DNA from: a virus
Lineage: Duplodnaviria > Heunggongvirae > Uroviricota > Caudoviricetes
Virus record (IMG/VR): IMGVR_UViG_637000265_000001
DNA length: 64,000 bases
Reading direction: 5' to 3' (one strand)
Shown here: positions 24,258 through 34,758 of the stretch, piece after piece
Layout: each line of letters starts with the position of its first letter
Position numbering within the stretch: position 1 is the stretch's first letter
Position numbers and translations under genes: made by a program
The notes under the pieces: model-generated
What the model saw: the letters and a program-made list of their open reading frames with translations, nothing else
What the model was told of the DNA's origin: nothing
The model's database searches: none

Positions 24258-25463
24258 ATGGCGGTTGATATTAAAGATGTCGAACAGGTCGCGCAGGAGC
24301 TGCAGCAGAAGTTTGACGACTTCAAAGCAAAGAACGACAAGCGCGTGGATGCGATTGAGCAGGAAAAAGGCAAACTTGCCGGGCAGGTGGAAACCCTGAA
24401 CGGGAAACTCAGCGAGCTGGAAAACCTCAAAAGCGATCTTGAAAAAGAGCTGCTTGAGCTGAAACGTCCGGCAGGTGGTGCGCAAAATAAACTGGCCACC
24501 GAGCATAAAGAAGCGTTTGTGGGCTTCCTGCGTAAAGGCCGTGAAGATGGTCTGCGCGATCTGGAGCGCAAGGCATTACAGGTGGGCACCGATGAAGACG
24601 GTGGCTACGCCGTGCCGGAAGCGCTGGATCGCAACATTCTGACCCTGCTGAAAGATGAAGTGGTGATGCGCCAGGAAGCCACGGTGATCACCGTTGGCGG
24701 TTCCGACTACAAAAAACTGGTGAATCTGGGCGGCACGGCTTCCGGATGGGTTGGCGAGACTGACGCGCGTTCCCAGACTGCCACCTCAAAACTGGGGCTG
24801 ATTGAACCTTTCATGGGGGAAATCTACGGTAACCCGCAGGCCACCCAGAAAATGCTGGATGATGCCTTTTTCAACGTGGAGGCCTGGATCAACAGCGAGC
24901 TGGCAACCGAATTTGCCGAACAGGAAGAAATAGCCTTTACCACCGGCGATGGTACCAAGAAGCCGAAAGGGTTCCTGGCGTATGAATCCACGGATGAAAC
25001 CGACAAGGTCCGGGCGTTCGGCAAACTTCAGCATATTGTATCCGGCGACGCGACTGCGGTGACCGCAGACGCCATTATCAAACTGATTTACACGCTGCGA
25101 AAGGCACACCGCACTGGCGCGAAGTTCATGATGAACAACAACAGCCTGTTTGCCATCCGTCTGCTGAAAGACACCGAGGGTAACTATCTGTGGCGTCCGG
25201 GGCTGGAACTGGGGCAGCCGTCCTCTCTGGCGGGTTACGGTATCGCTGAAAACGAACAGATGCCGGATATCGCCGCTGATGCGAAAGCCATTGCATTTGG
25301 TAACTTCAAACGGGGTTACACCATCGTTGACCGTATCGGCACCCGCATTCTGCGTGATCCGTACACCAATAAACCGTTTGTCGGTTTTTATACCACCAAG
25401 CGCACCGGCGGGATGCTGGTCGATTCGCAGGCCATCAAACTGCTGAAGATTGCAGCGGCGTAA
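24258..25463 (+). CDS. Major capsid protein (HK97 family)
   Basis: 401 aa with N-terminal coiled-coil delta-like region followed by capsid domain. Confidence 0.85.
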   Translation: MAVDIKDVEQVAQELQQKFDDFKAKNDKRVDAIEQEKGKLAGQVETLNGKLSELENLKSDLEKELLELKRPAGGAQNKLATEHKEAFVGFLRKGREDGLRDLERKALQVGTDEDGGYAVPEALDRNILTLLKDEVVMRQEATVITVGGSDYKKLVNLGGTASGWVGETDARSQTATSKLGLIEPFMGEIYGNPQATQKMLDDAFFNVEAWINSELATEFAEQEEIAFTTGDGTKKPKGFLAYESTDETDKVRAFGKLQHIVSGDATAVTADAIIKLIYTLRKAHRTGAKFMMNNNSLFAIRLLKDTEGNYLWRPGLELGQPSSLAGYGIAENEQMPDIAADAKAIAFGNFKRGYTIVDRIGTRILRDPYTNKPFVGFYTTKRTGGMLVDSQAIKLLKIAAA

Positions 25464-25512
25464 TCATTCAGGGGCGCGGAACCGCGCCCCCTGTTCTGAC
25501 GGGTGAAGAATC

Positions 25513-25713
25513 ATGATCCTGAAACAAGATCTGAAATGGTCACCGGACGGTATGCGTGTTGAGGTCATTCGGGCCGGTGAGTATGACGACGGGGCGCTTC
25601 CTGCCCGGGTGCAGGAGATTGCACTTCAGGCCGGGTTAGCAGAGCGCGGAATCAGTGCAAAAAGCAGTAAAGCGGCAAAAGAGAAAAAAGCCACGACCAG
25701 TAAAGAGGGCTGA
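25513..25713 (+). CDS. Small hypothetical head-region protein
   Basis: 66-codon ORF. Confidence 0.35.
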   Translation: MILKQDLKWSPDGMRVEVIRAGEYDDGALPARVQEIALQAGLAERGISAKSSKAAKEKKATTSKEG

Positions 25714-25715
25714 GT

Positions 25716-26039
25716 ATGCTTCTGACAATGGAAGAGATTAAAGCCCAACTCCGGCTGGATGAGGATTTCGATGTTGATGACCGCCATCTGCAACTGCTGG
25801 CCTGTGCGGCGCAAAAGCGGACGGAAACGTATCTGAACCGGAAGCTCTATGCACCGGATGAAACCATTCCGGACAGCGACCCGGACGGGCTACACCTGCC
25901 GGATGATATTCGTCTGGGGATGCTGATGCTTATCAGCCATTTTTACGAAAACCGCTCGTCGGTTACGGAAGTGGAGAAACTCGACATGCCGCAGAGTTTT
26001 GGCTGGCTTGTTGGCCCGTACAGGTACTTTCCGCAATGA
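25716..26039 (+). CDS. Head-tail connector (gp6-like)
   Basis: 107 aa; position after capsid. Confidence 0.65.
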   Translation: MLLTMEEIKAQLRLDEDFDVDDRHLQLLACAAQKRTETYLNRKLYAPDETIPDSDPDGLHLPDDIRLGMLMLISHFYENRSSVTEVEKLDMPQSFGWLVGPYRYFPQ

Positions 26040-26446
26040 AAATTCGTCAGGCGCAGACCAGCGCAACCTACATTCTGCCGGACCCCGGCGAACTGAATAA
26101 ACGCGTCCTGATCCGCCAGCGGGTGGATATGCCCGCGGATAACTTTGGCGTGGAGCCTCAATATCCGGTTACGTTCCGGACATGGGCGAAGGTTATCCAG
26201 ACCAGTGCCACCACCTGGCAGGAAACCGCGCAGACCGGGGACGCCATCACCCATTACATCACCATTCGTTACCGCAGGGGGATCACCGCTGATTATGAGG
26301 TGGTCTGCGGTGACAGTGTGTACCGGGTGAAACGTCAGCGCGATCTGAACGGGGCGCGGCGCTTTCTGCTGCTGGAGTGTACGGAGCTGGGCGAATTTAC
26401 GCAGAGTCACGGAGGCAGCAATGGCGACTTCCTTTTTGCACGTTGA
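26036..26446 (+). CDS. Head closure / head-tail adaptor
   Basis: 136 aa; gene order. Confidence 0.6.
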   Translation: MKIRQAQTSATYILPDPGELNKRVLIRQRVDMPADNFGVEPQYPVTFRTWAKVIQTSATTWQETAQTGDAITHYITIRYRRGITADYEVVCGDSVYRVKRQRDLNGARRFLLLECTELGEFTQSHGGSNGDFLFAR

Positions 26447-26927
26447 TTTTCAGCAGCCCGCGGAGATGCGCTTTAACCGCGCCCGTGTCCGGCGGGCGTT
26501 TGTCACGATTGGTCAGCGTCATATGCGTGATGCCCGTCGGCTGGTGATGCGCCGTGCGCGGTCGGCACCGGGTGAAAACCCCGGTTATCAGACCGGACGC
26601 CTGGCTCGTTCGATTGGTTACATGGTACCCAGAGCCAGTAAACATCGCCCTGGTTTTATGGCACGTATAGCCCCTAACCAGCGTAATGGAGAGGGAAACC
26701 GCCGTATCACCGGTGATTTTTATCCGGCTTTTTTGTTCTATGGCGTGAGGCGAGGGGCAAAGCGTCGTCGCAGCCATCATCGTGGTGCATCCGGTGGCAG
26801 CGGCTGGCGACTGGCTCCACGTAATAACTTCATGGTGGAAACGCTTGAAAAGAACCGCAGCTGGACACGCTATTTTCTGGCGCGGGAATTGCGTAAATCA
26901 CTGAAGCCGGAGCGACGACACAGATGA
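26421..26927 (+). CDS. Virion morphogenesis / neck protein, Arg-rich
   Basis: 168 aa; gene order. Confidence 0.5.
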   Translation: MATSFLHVDFQQPAEMRFNRARVRRAFVTIGQRHMRDARRLVMRRARSAPGENPGYQTGRLARSIGYMVPRASKHRPGFMARIAPNQRNGEGNRRITGDFYPAFLFYGVRRGAKRRRSHHRGASGGSGWRLAPRNNFMVETLEKNRSWTRYFLARELRKSLKPERRHR

Positions 26928-27484
26928 AACTGACGCCTGTTATTGCTGCACTGCGTGCCCGCTGTCCGTATTTTGAAAACCGGGTTGCAGGCGCGGCCCA
27001 GTTCAAAAATCTGCCGGAGGTCGGAAAGCTGAAACTCCCGGCGGCATATGTTGTACCGGGTGATGATTCTCCGGGAGAAAACAAAAGCCAGACCGACTAC
27101 TGGCAGGAGCTGAAAGAGGGTTTCTCCGTGGTTGTCATACTGAGTAACGGGCGTGATGAGCGCGGTCAGTTTGCCTCGTATGATGTGGTGGACGATGTCC
27201 GGCAGATGCTCTTTAAGGCTCTGCTGGGCTGGAACCCGGAGGCGTGCGGTAACCCGATTACCTATGACGGCGGCACGCTGCTGGATCTGAATCGTCATGA
27301 GCTGATTTATCAGTTCGATTTTTCGGTCATCAGCGAGCTGACTGAAGACGATACCCGCCAGCAGGATGATCTGAACAGTCTGGATGAACTGCAAACGCTG
27401 GCGATTGATGTTGATTATCTCGAGCCCGGTAACGGGCCTGACGGCGATATAGAACATCACACCGAAATAACCCTTCCTTCCTGA
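26924..27484 (+). CDS. Tail completion/terminator-like protein
   Basis: 186 aa immediately upstream of sheath gene. Confidence 0.45.
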   Translation: MKLTPVIAALRARCPYFENRVAGAAQFKNLPEVGKLKLPAAYVVPGDDSPGENKSQTDYWQELKEGFSVVVILSNGRDERGQFASYDVVDDVRQMLFKALLGWNPEACGNPITYDGGTLLDLNRHELIYQFDFSVISELTEDDTRQQDDLNSLDELQTLAIDVDYLEPGNGPDGDIEHHTEITLPS

Positions 27485-27492
27485 GGATCCTC

Positions 27493-27663
27493 ATGTTTGT
27501 CAAACCTGTTAAAGGGCGGTCAGTGCCTGACCCTGCCCGCGGCGACCTTTTGCCCGCCGAAGGGCGAAATGTTGATGAGAACAACTACTGGCTGCGCCGT
27601 GAAGCAGCGGGTGATATCCGGCGCGTGAATAAAAAGGTGAACACCGATGACGATAAGCTTTAA
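27493..27663 (+). CDS. Small protein preceding sheath gene
   Basis: 56 codons, overlaps sheath start. Confidence 0.35.
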   Translation: MFVKPVKGRSVPDPARGDLLPAEGRNVDENNYWLRREAAGDIRRVNKKVNTDDDKL

Positions 27664-29143
27664 CACCATTCCGTCGAATACGCTGGTTCCGCTGTTTTAT
27701 GCGGAAATGGATAACCAGGCTGCGAATACTGCACAGGACAGCGGAGCATCGCTGCTGATTGGTCATGCCAATAACGGTGCAGAGATTGTTGCCAACAGTC
27801 TGGTGCTGATGCCGTCGGCAGACTATGCACGCCAGATTTGTGGTGCGGGAAGTCAGCTGGCGCGTATGGTCGAGGCTTATCGCCAGACCGACCCGTTTGG
27901 TGAGCTGTATGTGATTGCCGTTCCGGAAGCCACAGGCGCGGCGGCAACGGTTACGCTGACGGTGACCGGGGAAGCAACCGAAAGCGGCACGGTGAATGTC
28001 TATGTGGGACGTACCCGCGTGCAGGCTCCGGTGACCAACGGCGATAACGTCACGACGATTGCCAGCAGTATCAAAGATGCCATCAATGCCGTTCCGACTC
28101 TGCCGTTTACAGCTTCATCTTCGGCTGGTGTTGTCACGCTGACCGCGCGTCATAAGGGGCTTTGCGGGAATGAAATTCCTGTCAGCCTCAATTACTACGG
28201 CTTCGGTGGGGGCGAAGTGCTGCCAGCGGGCGTACAGATTGCCGTGGCGACGGGGACCGCCGGAACGGGCGCTCCGGTTCTCACCGGCGCGGTGGCTGCA
28301 ATGGCGGATGAGCCGTTTGATTATATCGGTCTGCCGTTCAACGACACGGCCTCCGTTAACACGCTGGTGACCGAGATGAACGATACCAGCGGTCGCTGGA
28401 GCTATGCGCGTCAGCTGTATGGTCATGTGTATACGGCAAAGACCGGCACACTGTCAGAACTGGTGAACGCAGGTGACCAGTTTAACCAGCAGCACATCAC
28501 CCTGGCGGGGTACGAAAAAGAGACCCAGACGCCTGCCGACGAGCTGGCGGCAAGCCGTACCGCCCGCGCAGCGGTGTTTATCCGCAACGATCCGGCACGT
28601 CCCACGCAGACCGGTGAGCTGGTGGGTATGCTGCCTGCGCCGAAGGGGAAACGGTTCACGATGACCGAGCAGCAGACCCTGCTGTCTCATGGCGTGGCAA
28701 CGGCGTATGTCGAAAGCGGGGTGCTGCGCATTCAGCGTGATGTCACCACGTACAGGAAAAATGCTTACGGGGTTGCGGATAACAGTTACCTCGACAGTGA
28801 GACGCTGCATACCAGCGCGTATGTACTGCGCAAACTGAAATCCGTCATTACCAGTAAGTACGGGCGTCACAAGCTTGCCAGTGACGGTACCCGCTTTGGT
28901 CCCGGTCAGGCGATTGTCACCCCGGCGGTGATCAAAGGGGAACTGCTGGCAACCTACCGTCAGCTTGAGCGTGCGGGGATCGTGGAAAACTACGAACTGT
29001 TTAAGCAGTACCTGGTTGTGGAGCGTGATGCCAGCGATCCGAACCGCCTTAACACGCTGTTCCCGCCTGACTATGTTAACCAGCTGCGTGTCTTTGCCGT
29101 GGTTAATCAGTTCCGTCTTCAGTATTCAGAGGAGTCTGCATAA
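27647..29143 (+). CDS. Contractile tail sheath protein (Mu L-like)
   Basis: 498 aa, position before tube gene. Confidence 0.85.
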   Translation: MTISFNTIPSNTLVPLFYAEMDNQAANTAQDSGASLLIGHANNGAEIVANSLVLMPSADYARQICGAGSQLARMVEAYRQTDPFGELYVIAVPEATGAAATVTLTVTGEATESGTVNVYVGRTRVQAPVTNGDNVTTIASSIKDAINAVPTLPFTASSSAGVVTLTARHKGLCGNEIPVSLNYYGFGGGEVLPAGVQIAVATGTAGTGAPVLTGAVAAMADEPFDYIGLPFNDTASVNTLVTEMNDTSGRWSYARQLYGHVYTAKTGTLSELVNAGDQFNQQHITLAGYEKETQTPADELAASRTARAAVFIRNDPARPTQTGELVGMLPAPKGKRFTMTEQQTLLSHGVATAYVESGVLRIQRDVTTYRKNAYGVADNSYLDSETLHTSAYVLRKLKSVITSKYGRHKLASDGTRFGPGQAIVTPAVIKGELLATYRQLERAGIVENYELFKQYLVVERDASDPNRLNTLFPPDYVNQLRVFAVVNQFRLQYSEESA

Positions 29144-29499
29144 TGGCCCGTATCGGGGGAACCTGTTATTTCAAAATTGACGGTCAGCAGCTATCGCTGA
29201 CCGGCGGCATTGAGGTGCCCATGAACAGGACGGTCAATGATGACATCATCGGCCTGGACGGTTCAGTGGACCGCAAGGAAACTCACCGTGCGCCTTATGT
29301 CAAAGGGACCTTCAAGGTGCCGAAGAATTTTCCGGTGAACAAAATCACCTCGTCTGATGAGATGACAATCACTGCCGAGTTGGCGAACGGTCAGGTCTAT
29401 GTACTGTCGTCTGCCTGGCTGCACGGCGAAGCGAACCATAATGCCGAAGAAGGCACGGTTGATCTTGAGTTCCACGGTGAAGAAGGGGATTACCAGTAA
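29143..29499 (+). CDS. Tail tube protein
   Basis: 118 aa directly after sheath. Confidence 0.75.
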   Translation: MARIGGTCYFKIDGQQLSLTGGIEVPMNRTVNDDIIGLDGSVDRKETHRAPYVKGTFKVPKNFPVNKITSSDEMTITAELANGQVYVLSSAWLHGEANHNAEEGTVDLEFHGEEGDYQ

Positions 29500-29768
29500 T
29501 GAAAGAGCTTGAGTTAAAGAAACCGATTACTGCTCATGGCGAGACACTCTCCGTACTGGAGTTTGATGAGCCCACCGGGAAGGATGTCCGCGAGCTGGGG
29601 TATCCCTACCAGATGAATCAGGATGAGTCAGTCAGACTTCTGGCGCATGTGGTGTCGAAATACATTGTGCGGCTGGCGAAAGTGCCGCAAAGCTCTGTCG
29701 ACCAGATGTCTCCGGCAGACCTGAATGCAGCGGCGTGGCTTGTGGCTGGTTTTTTCCTCCAGGCCTGA
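29499..29768 (+). CDS. Tail assembly chaperone; overlapping ORF 29735-29917 suggests a frameshift extension
   Basis: Two small overlapping ORFs upstream of tape measure gene. Confidence 0.55.
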   Translation: MKELELKKPITAHGETLSVLEFDEPTGKDVRELGYPYQMNQDESVRLLAHVVSKYIVRLAKVPQSSVDQMSPADLNAAAWLVAGFFLQA

Positions 29769-29909
29769 CGGCTGAATACCTCACTGATCGCTTCTTTGAC
29801 TGCGCCAGCTACTGGCGCATTAATCCTTTCGAATTGCTGAATATGCCGATCAGTGAAATTCCCTTACTGGTCAGTCAGGCAAACAGGATAGAGCAGGAGA
29901 AACGCACAC

Positions 29910-31745
29910 ATGGCTGAATTTGAGCTTAAGGCGTTGATCACCGGTGTCGACAGGCTTTCTCCCGCGCTGTCGAAAATGCAAAAGAAAATCCGGGGATTTA
30001 AACGCCAGGCGGAAGAAGCGTCACAGGGTGGGCTGGCGCTTGGTGGCGGACTGGCTGCGGGTCTGACGCTTTCCCTGAAATCTTATGCCGATCAGGAAAA
30101 CGCCGCCACCGGGCTGAAAGTCGCCATGATGGATGCGAACGGCGAGGTTGGAAAGAGCTTTCAGGACATCAATAAACTGGCTATTGGCCTGGGTAACCAG
30201 CTACCCGGTACAACGGCTGATTTCCAGAACATGATGCAGATGCTGGTGCGTCAGGGGATCCAGGCAGAAAACATTCTTGGCGGTGTGGGTAAAGCGACAG
30301 CTTATCTTGCGGTACAACTGAAAAAAACACCGGAAGCGGCTGCTGAGTTTGCTGCAAAGATGCAGGATGCTACCGGAACGGCGTCAGAAGACATGATGGG
30401 GCTGTTCGACACTATCCAGAAGGCGTTTTATCTGGGCGTTGACGATACCAACATGTTGTCCTTCTTCACTAAAACCAGTTCTGTTCTGAAGATGGTGAAC
30501 AAGGACGGTCTTCAGGCTGCACAGAGCCTTGCCCCCATCAGCGTCATGATGGATCAGATGGGGATGAACGGGGAGTCGGCAGGTAATGCCCTGCGAAAAG
30601 TTATCCAGTCCGGATTAAGCGTTAAGAAAATCAGGGACGTCAATAAAGTTATGGCCCGCCAGAAACTCGGGGTACAGCTCGATTTTACTGACGGCAAAGG
30701 GAGTTTTGGCGGTCTTGATAACATGTTTAAACAACTGGCAAAGCTGCGAAAACTGACCGACGTTAAGCGAACAGGTGTACTTAAGGCAATATTTGGTGAT
30801 GATGCCGAAACCCTTCAGGTGGTAAATGCTCTGATCGATAAAGGAAAGGATGGTTACGATCAGATCCAGCAGAAGATGAATAAACAGGCCAGTCTGAATA
30901 AACGTGTTCAGGCCCAGCTTGGTACGCTGTCCAACCTGTGGGAGGCAATGACGGGGACCGCAACTAACGGCCTTGCGGCTATTGGCGGCGCATTTTCTGG
31001 TGACGCCAAAAATATCACGCAATGGCTGGGGGAGTTAGGGGAAAAATTCACGAAGTTTGCGGATGAAAATCCCCGGGTTATTCGCGGTGTCGTCGGGCTT
31101 GCTGCCGGTCTTGCGATTCTGAAACTGGGATTGATGGGCGTGGGCAGTGCCATCAGTATCGTCAGCAGGATCATGTCGATGACGCCGATTGGCATGATTG
31201 CGACGGCGATTGCCCTGGCTGCGGGATTAATTATCACTAACTGGGATGTTGTCGGACCTTATTTTAAGAAACTCTGGGAAACCATTAGTCCTTATTTTGA
31301 GGCTGGCTGGGAACTTCTGAAGAAGGTTTTTGCCTGGTCGCCGCTGGGGATGGTGATCAATAACTGGGGACCGGTTGTTAAGTGGTTTCAGGATATGTGG
31401 GATAAGCTGAAGCCGATTATTGAATGGTTTACCGATAGTTCCGGTGACACGGTCGATGCCATTAACTCGGCGCAGTGGGGCGCGGGTGCTTATGATGCTT
31501 ATGGGACGGGAATACCGGCACGGGGATACACACCTTATCAGGCGGTAGATCCGGCTCAGTCAAACAACGCCTCCGATGCCACAGGCCCGAATCCCTTCAT
31601 GATTAACAAAGCTTCTGCGCCAAAAGTTGATGGTGAGATCAAGGTCTCTTTTGTGAATTCGCCTCCGGGTATGCGGGTTATGGAAACGCGATCCAGCGGT
31701 TTTGATGTCAGCCATGATGTTGGCTATACGCGCTTTGGCAGGTAA
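29910..31745 (+). CDS. Tail tape measure protein
   Basis: 611 aa, helical with Gly/Ala-rich hydrophobic stretches. Confidence 0.85.
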   Translation: MAEFELKALITGVDRLSPALSKMQKKIRGFKRQAEEASQGGLALGGGLAAGLTLSLKSYADQENAATGLKVAMMDANGEVGKSFQDINKLAIGLGNQLPGTTADFQNMMQMLVRQGIQAENILGGVGKATAYLAVQLKKTPEAAAEFAAKMQDATGTASEDMMGLFDTIQKAFYLGVDDTNMLSFFTKTSSVLKMVNKDGLQAAQSLAPISVMMDQMGMNGESAGNALRKVIQSGLSVKKIRDVNKVMARQKLGVQLDFTDGKGSFGGLDNMFKQLAKLRKLTDVKRTGVLKAIFGDDAETLQVVNALIDKGKDGYDQIQQKMNKQASLNKRVQAQLGTLSNLWEAMTGTATNGLAAIGGAFSGDAKNITQWLGELGEKFTKFADENPRVIRGVVGLAAGLAILKLGLMGVGSAISIVSRIMSMTPIGMIATAIALAAGLIITNWDVVGPYFKKLWETISPYFEAGWELLKKVFAWSPLGMVINNWGPVVKWFQDMWDKLKPIIEWFTDSSGDTVDAINSAQWGAGAYDAYGTGIPARGYTPYQAVDPAQSNNASDATGPNPFMINKASAPKVDGEIKVSFVNSPPGMRVMETRSSGFDVSHDVGYTRFGR

Positions 31746-31805
31746 TGAAAAATTAATCTGTTAATGAGTCCCACTCCGGTGGGATTTTTTATGTACGGAG
31801 TTTAT

Positions 31806-33134
31806 ATGACGTGGAAAGACAGACTTCAGGACGCGTCATTTCGCGGTGTGCCGTTTAAGGTTGAAGAAGAAAGTGCGGGAACCGGTCGCCGTGTGGAAAC
31901 GCACGAATACCCGAACCGCGACAAACCCTATACCGAAGACCTGGGGAAAATCACTTTTCGCCCGTCCATCACAGCTTATGTGGTGGGAGATGACTGCTTT
32001 GACCAGCGCGATCGCCTGATTGACGCGCTGAATAAACCCGGTCCTGGCACGCTTGTCCATCCGACTTATGGTGAGCTGAAAGTCTGTGTTGACGGGGAAG
32101 TTCGGGTCAGCACATCGAAGAGTGAAGGGCGTATTGTCCGCTTTGACCTGAAGTTTGTCGAAGCGGGAGAACTCTCTTACCCCACTTCAGGTGCGGCGAC
32201 GGCGCAGACGCTGATGTCATCCTGTTCTGCACTGGATGACTGCATCAGTGATAGCTTCAGTGGTTTCAGTATCGATGGCGTGGCAGATTTTGTGCAGAAC
32301 GACGTCGTCGGTAATGCCAGCACAATGCTTGGGTATGTTTCTGATGCGATGAAAGTGGTGGATTCTGCCGTATCGGATGCCGCCAGGCTGTTGCAGGGGG
32401 ATATCTCGGTACTTCTGCCGCCGCCATCGTCAGGCAAAAATTTCGTTGAGCAGGTGCAGAAAATGTGGCGTACCGGGAAACGCCTTTATGGTAACGCCAG
32501 CGACCTGGTCACCATGATCAAAACGCTTTCCGGTGTCAGCCTCGGCAGCGATCTGCAACCGCGCGGCGTCTGGAAAACGGACAGTAAAACCACCGCCACG
32601 GCGACGCAGCAGCGTAACATGGTTGCCAGCACCCTTCGTACGACCGCAATCAGCGAAGCGGCGTATGCCGTCACCCGATTGCCTGCGCCAACAACTTCCG
32701 CGGTGATGCAGAATGCCGCAGTGGGGCAGGCAACAACACCCGCGCAGAGCACTGGCTGGCCTTCCGTCACGCATCCGGCACTGAACAATGCACCGGCGGT
32801 GAAAAACACGGTTGACCTGCCGACGTGGGAAGAACTGACTGACATTCGCGACACACTGAATACGGCAATTGATAAGGAGTTGTCCCGTACAACCAGCGAT
32901 GCGCTGTTTCTGGCGCTGCGCCGGGTGAAAGCAGATCTGAATGCGGATATCAACACGCGCCTTGAACAGTCTGCACGGATCATTCAGCGCACACCGGATG
33001 AGGTTTTACCCGCGCTGGTGCTGGCGGCGACCTGGTTTGATAACGCGGCGCGTGACGCGGACATTATCCGGCGTAATGCCATTACGCATCCCGGCTTTGT
33101 GCCGGTGATCCCTCTGAAGGTGCCAGTGCAATGA
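31806..33134 (+). CDS. DNA circulation protein (Mu N-like)
   Basis: N-terminus MTWKDRLQDASFRGVPFKVEEESAGTGRRVETHEYPNRDKPYTEDLG matches Mu N signature; ORF track start 31764. Confidence 0.8.
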   Translation: MTWKDRLQDASFRGVPFKVEEESAGTGRRVETHEYPNRDKPYTEDLGKITFRPSITAYVVGDDCFDQRDRLIDALNKPGPGTLVHPTYGELKVCVDGEVRVSTSKSEGRIVRFDLKFVEAGELSYPTSGAATAQTLMSSCSALDDCISDSFSGFSIDGVADFVQNDVVGNASTMLGYVSDAMKVVDSAVSDAARLLQGDISVLLPPPSSGKNFVEQVQKMWRTGKRLYGNASDLVTMIKTLSGVSLGSDLQPRGVWKTDSKTTATATQQRNMVASTLRTTAISEAAYAVTRLPAPTTSAVMQNAAVGQATTPAQSTGWPSVTHPALNNAPAVKNTVDLPTWEELTDIRDTLNTAIDKELSRTTSDALFLALRRVKADLNADINTRLEQSARIIQRTPDEVLPALVLAATWFDNAARDADIIRRNAITHPGFVPVIPLKVPVQ

Positions 33135-34210
33135 ACGACAATGTCACGCTACGGGTAAATGGCCGGGAGTGGAATGGCTGGACATCGGTGCGCATCGGTG
33201 TCGGTATTGAACGGCTGGCGCGGGATTTCAGTGTGGAGATCACCCGCCAGTGGCCGGGAGATGAGGGTATTACCACGCTTCAGCCGCGCATTAAAAACGG
33301 TTCAAAAGTGGAGGTGCTGATTGGTGATGAGCTGGTGATCACCGGCTGGGTGGAGGCGACGCCCGTTCGTTACGATGCCCGTTCGGTCAGCACCGGTATT
33401 GCCGGACGCAGTCTGACCGCTGACCTGATTGACTGTGCAGCCGAACCGACACAGTTTAACGGACGATCGCTGGTACAGATTGCGCAGGCGCTTGCTGCGC
33501 CTTTCGGCATTGAGGTGGTGAACAGCGGTGCGCCGTCGGGTGTTATTCCTGATGTTCAGCCTGATCACGGTGAAACGGTGATTGAGGTAATCAACAAAAT
33601 ACTCGGTCAGCAGCAGGCACTGGCTTACGACGACCCGCACGGCAGGCTGGTGATTGGCGGTATTGGCTCAACGCGGGCACATACTGCGCTGGTACTCGGG
33701 GAAAACATCCTTTCCTGCGATACGGAGAAGAGTATCCGGGAGCGATTTTCTGTTTACCAGGTGGCGGGGCAGCGTGCCGGAAACGACGATGATTTCGGTG
33801 AGGCCACCACCACCGCGCTGCGGGCCCGCACAGAGGACGCATTTATTGACCGTTACCGTCCGATGTATATCAGGCAGACAGGGCAGGCTACGGGGGCAGG
33901 CTGTATTGCGCGTGCTGACTTTGAAGCCCGGCAACGGGCGGCGCGGACGGATGAAACCACCTATGTGGTGCAGGGCTGGCGACAGGGTAACGGTACGCTG
34001 TGGCAGCCCAACCAGCGGGTGATTGTCTTTGATCCGGTCTGTGGTTTCGACAATACCGAACTGCTTGTTTCGGAAGTCACGTTTACTCAGGACCAGAACG
34101 GCACCCTGACGGAAATCCGTGTCGGCCCGCCTGATGCTTATCTGCCTGAACCCGAAGCCCCCGGCGCGCGGAAAAAGAAAAAAGCCAGAGTACAGGAGGA
34201 CCCGTTCTGA
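33131..34210 (+). CDS. Tail/baseplate protein (Mu P-like)
   Basis: 359 aa; gene order. Confidence 0.75.
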   Translation: MNDNVTLRVNGREWNGWTSVRIGVGIERLARDFSVEITRQWPGDEGITTLQPRIKNGSKVEVLIGDELVITGWVEATPVRYDARSVSTGIAGRSLTADLIDCAAEPTQFNGRSLVQIAQALAAPFGIEVVNSGAPSGVIPDVQPDHGETVIEVINKILGQQQALAYDDPHGRLVIGGIGSTRAHTALVLGENILSCDTEKSIRERFSVYQVAGQRAGNDDDFGEATTTALRARTEDAFIDRYRPMYIRQTGQATGAGCIARADFEARQRAARTDETTYVVQGWRQGNGTLWQPNQRVIVFDPVCGFDNTELLVSEVTFTQDQNGTLTEIRVGPPDAYLPEPEAPGARKKKKARVQEDPF

Positions 34211-34758
34211 TGAGGACGATTGAAGCCATGCAGCGACAACTCCTCGGCCTGATTGGGCGGGCAGTGGTGAAAAGCATCAGTGCCGCCACGAAATGTCAGA
34301 CCGTGGATGTGTCCCTGATTGCCGGTGAACCCAAAGCCGGGATTGAACATCTTGAACCCTACGGTTTTACCGCAAGGGCAAACAGCGGTGCGGAAGCGGT
34401 GGTGTTGTTTCCGGATGGCGACCGTTCTCATGCGGTGGTTGTTACGGTGTCGGACCGGCGCTACCGCCTGAAAGGGCTGCAGACGGGTGAGGTGGCTGTC
34501 TATGACGATCGGGGGCAGTCTGTGACGCTGACCCGGGAGGGGATCGTGGTGGACGGTGCAGGTAAAACGATCACGTTTCGCAATGCGCCCAGAGCACGTT
34601 TTGAAATGGACCTGGAAGTGACCGGACAGGTGAAAGACCTGTGCGACTCCGGCGGTACCACCATGTCAGCGATGCGGCTTGCCTATAACGGGCATCGTCA
34701 CAGAGAGAACGGTCAGGGCAGTAACACCGACAAACCTGATAAAGCGATGGAGGCATGA
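34210..34758 (+). CDS. Baseplate assembly protein V / spike (Mu gp45-like)
   Basis: 182 aa; gene order. Confidence 0.7.
   Translation: MRTIEAMQRQLLGLIGRAVVKSISAATKCQTVDVSLIAGEPKAGIEHLEPYGFTARANSGAEAVVLFPDGDRSHAVVVTVSDRRYRLKGLQTGEVAVYDDRGQSVTLTREGIVVDGAGKTITFRNAPRARFEMDLEVTGQVKDLCDSGGTTMSAMRLAYNGHRHRENGQGSNTDKPDKAMEA

Noticed and set aside
24155..24589. Minus-strand ORFs overlapping the prohead protease and capsid genes
   Set aside because: Shadow ORFs with Ser/Arg-rich low-complexity translations opposite confident structural genes.
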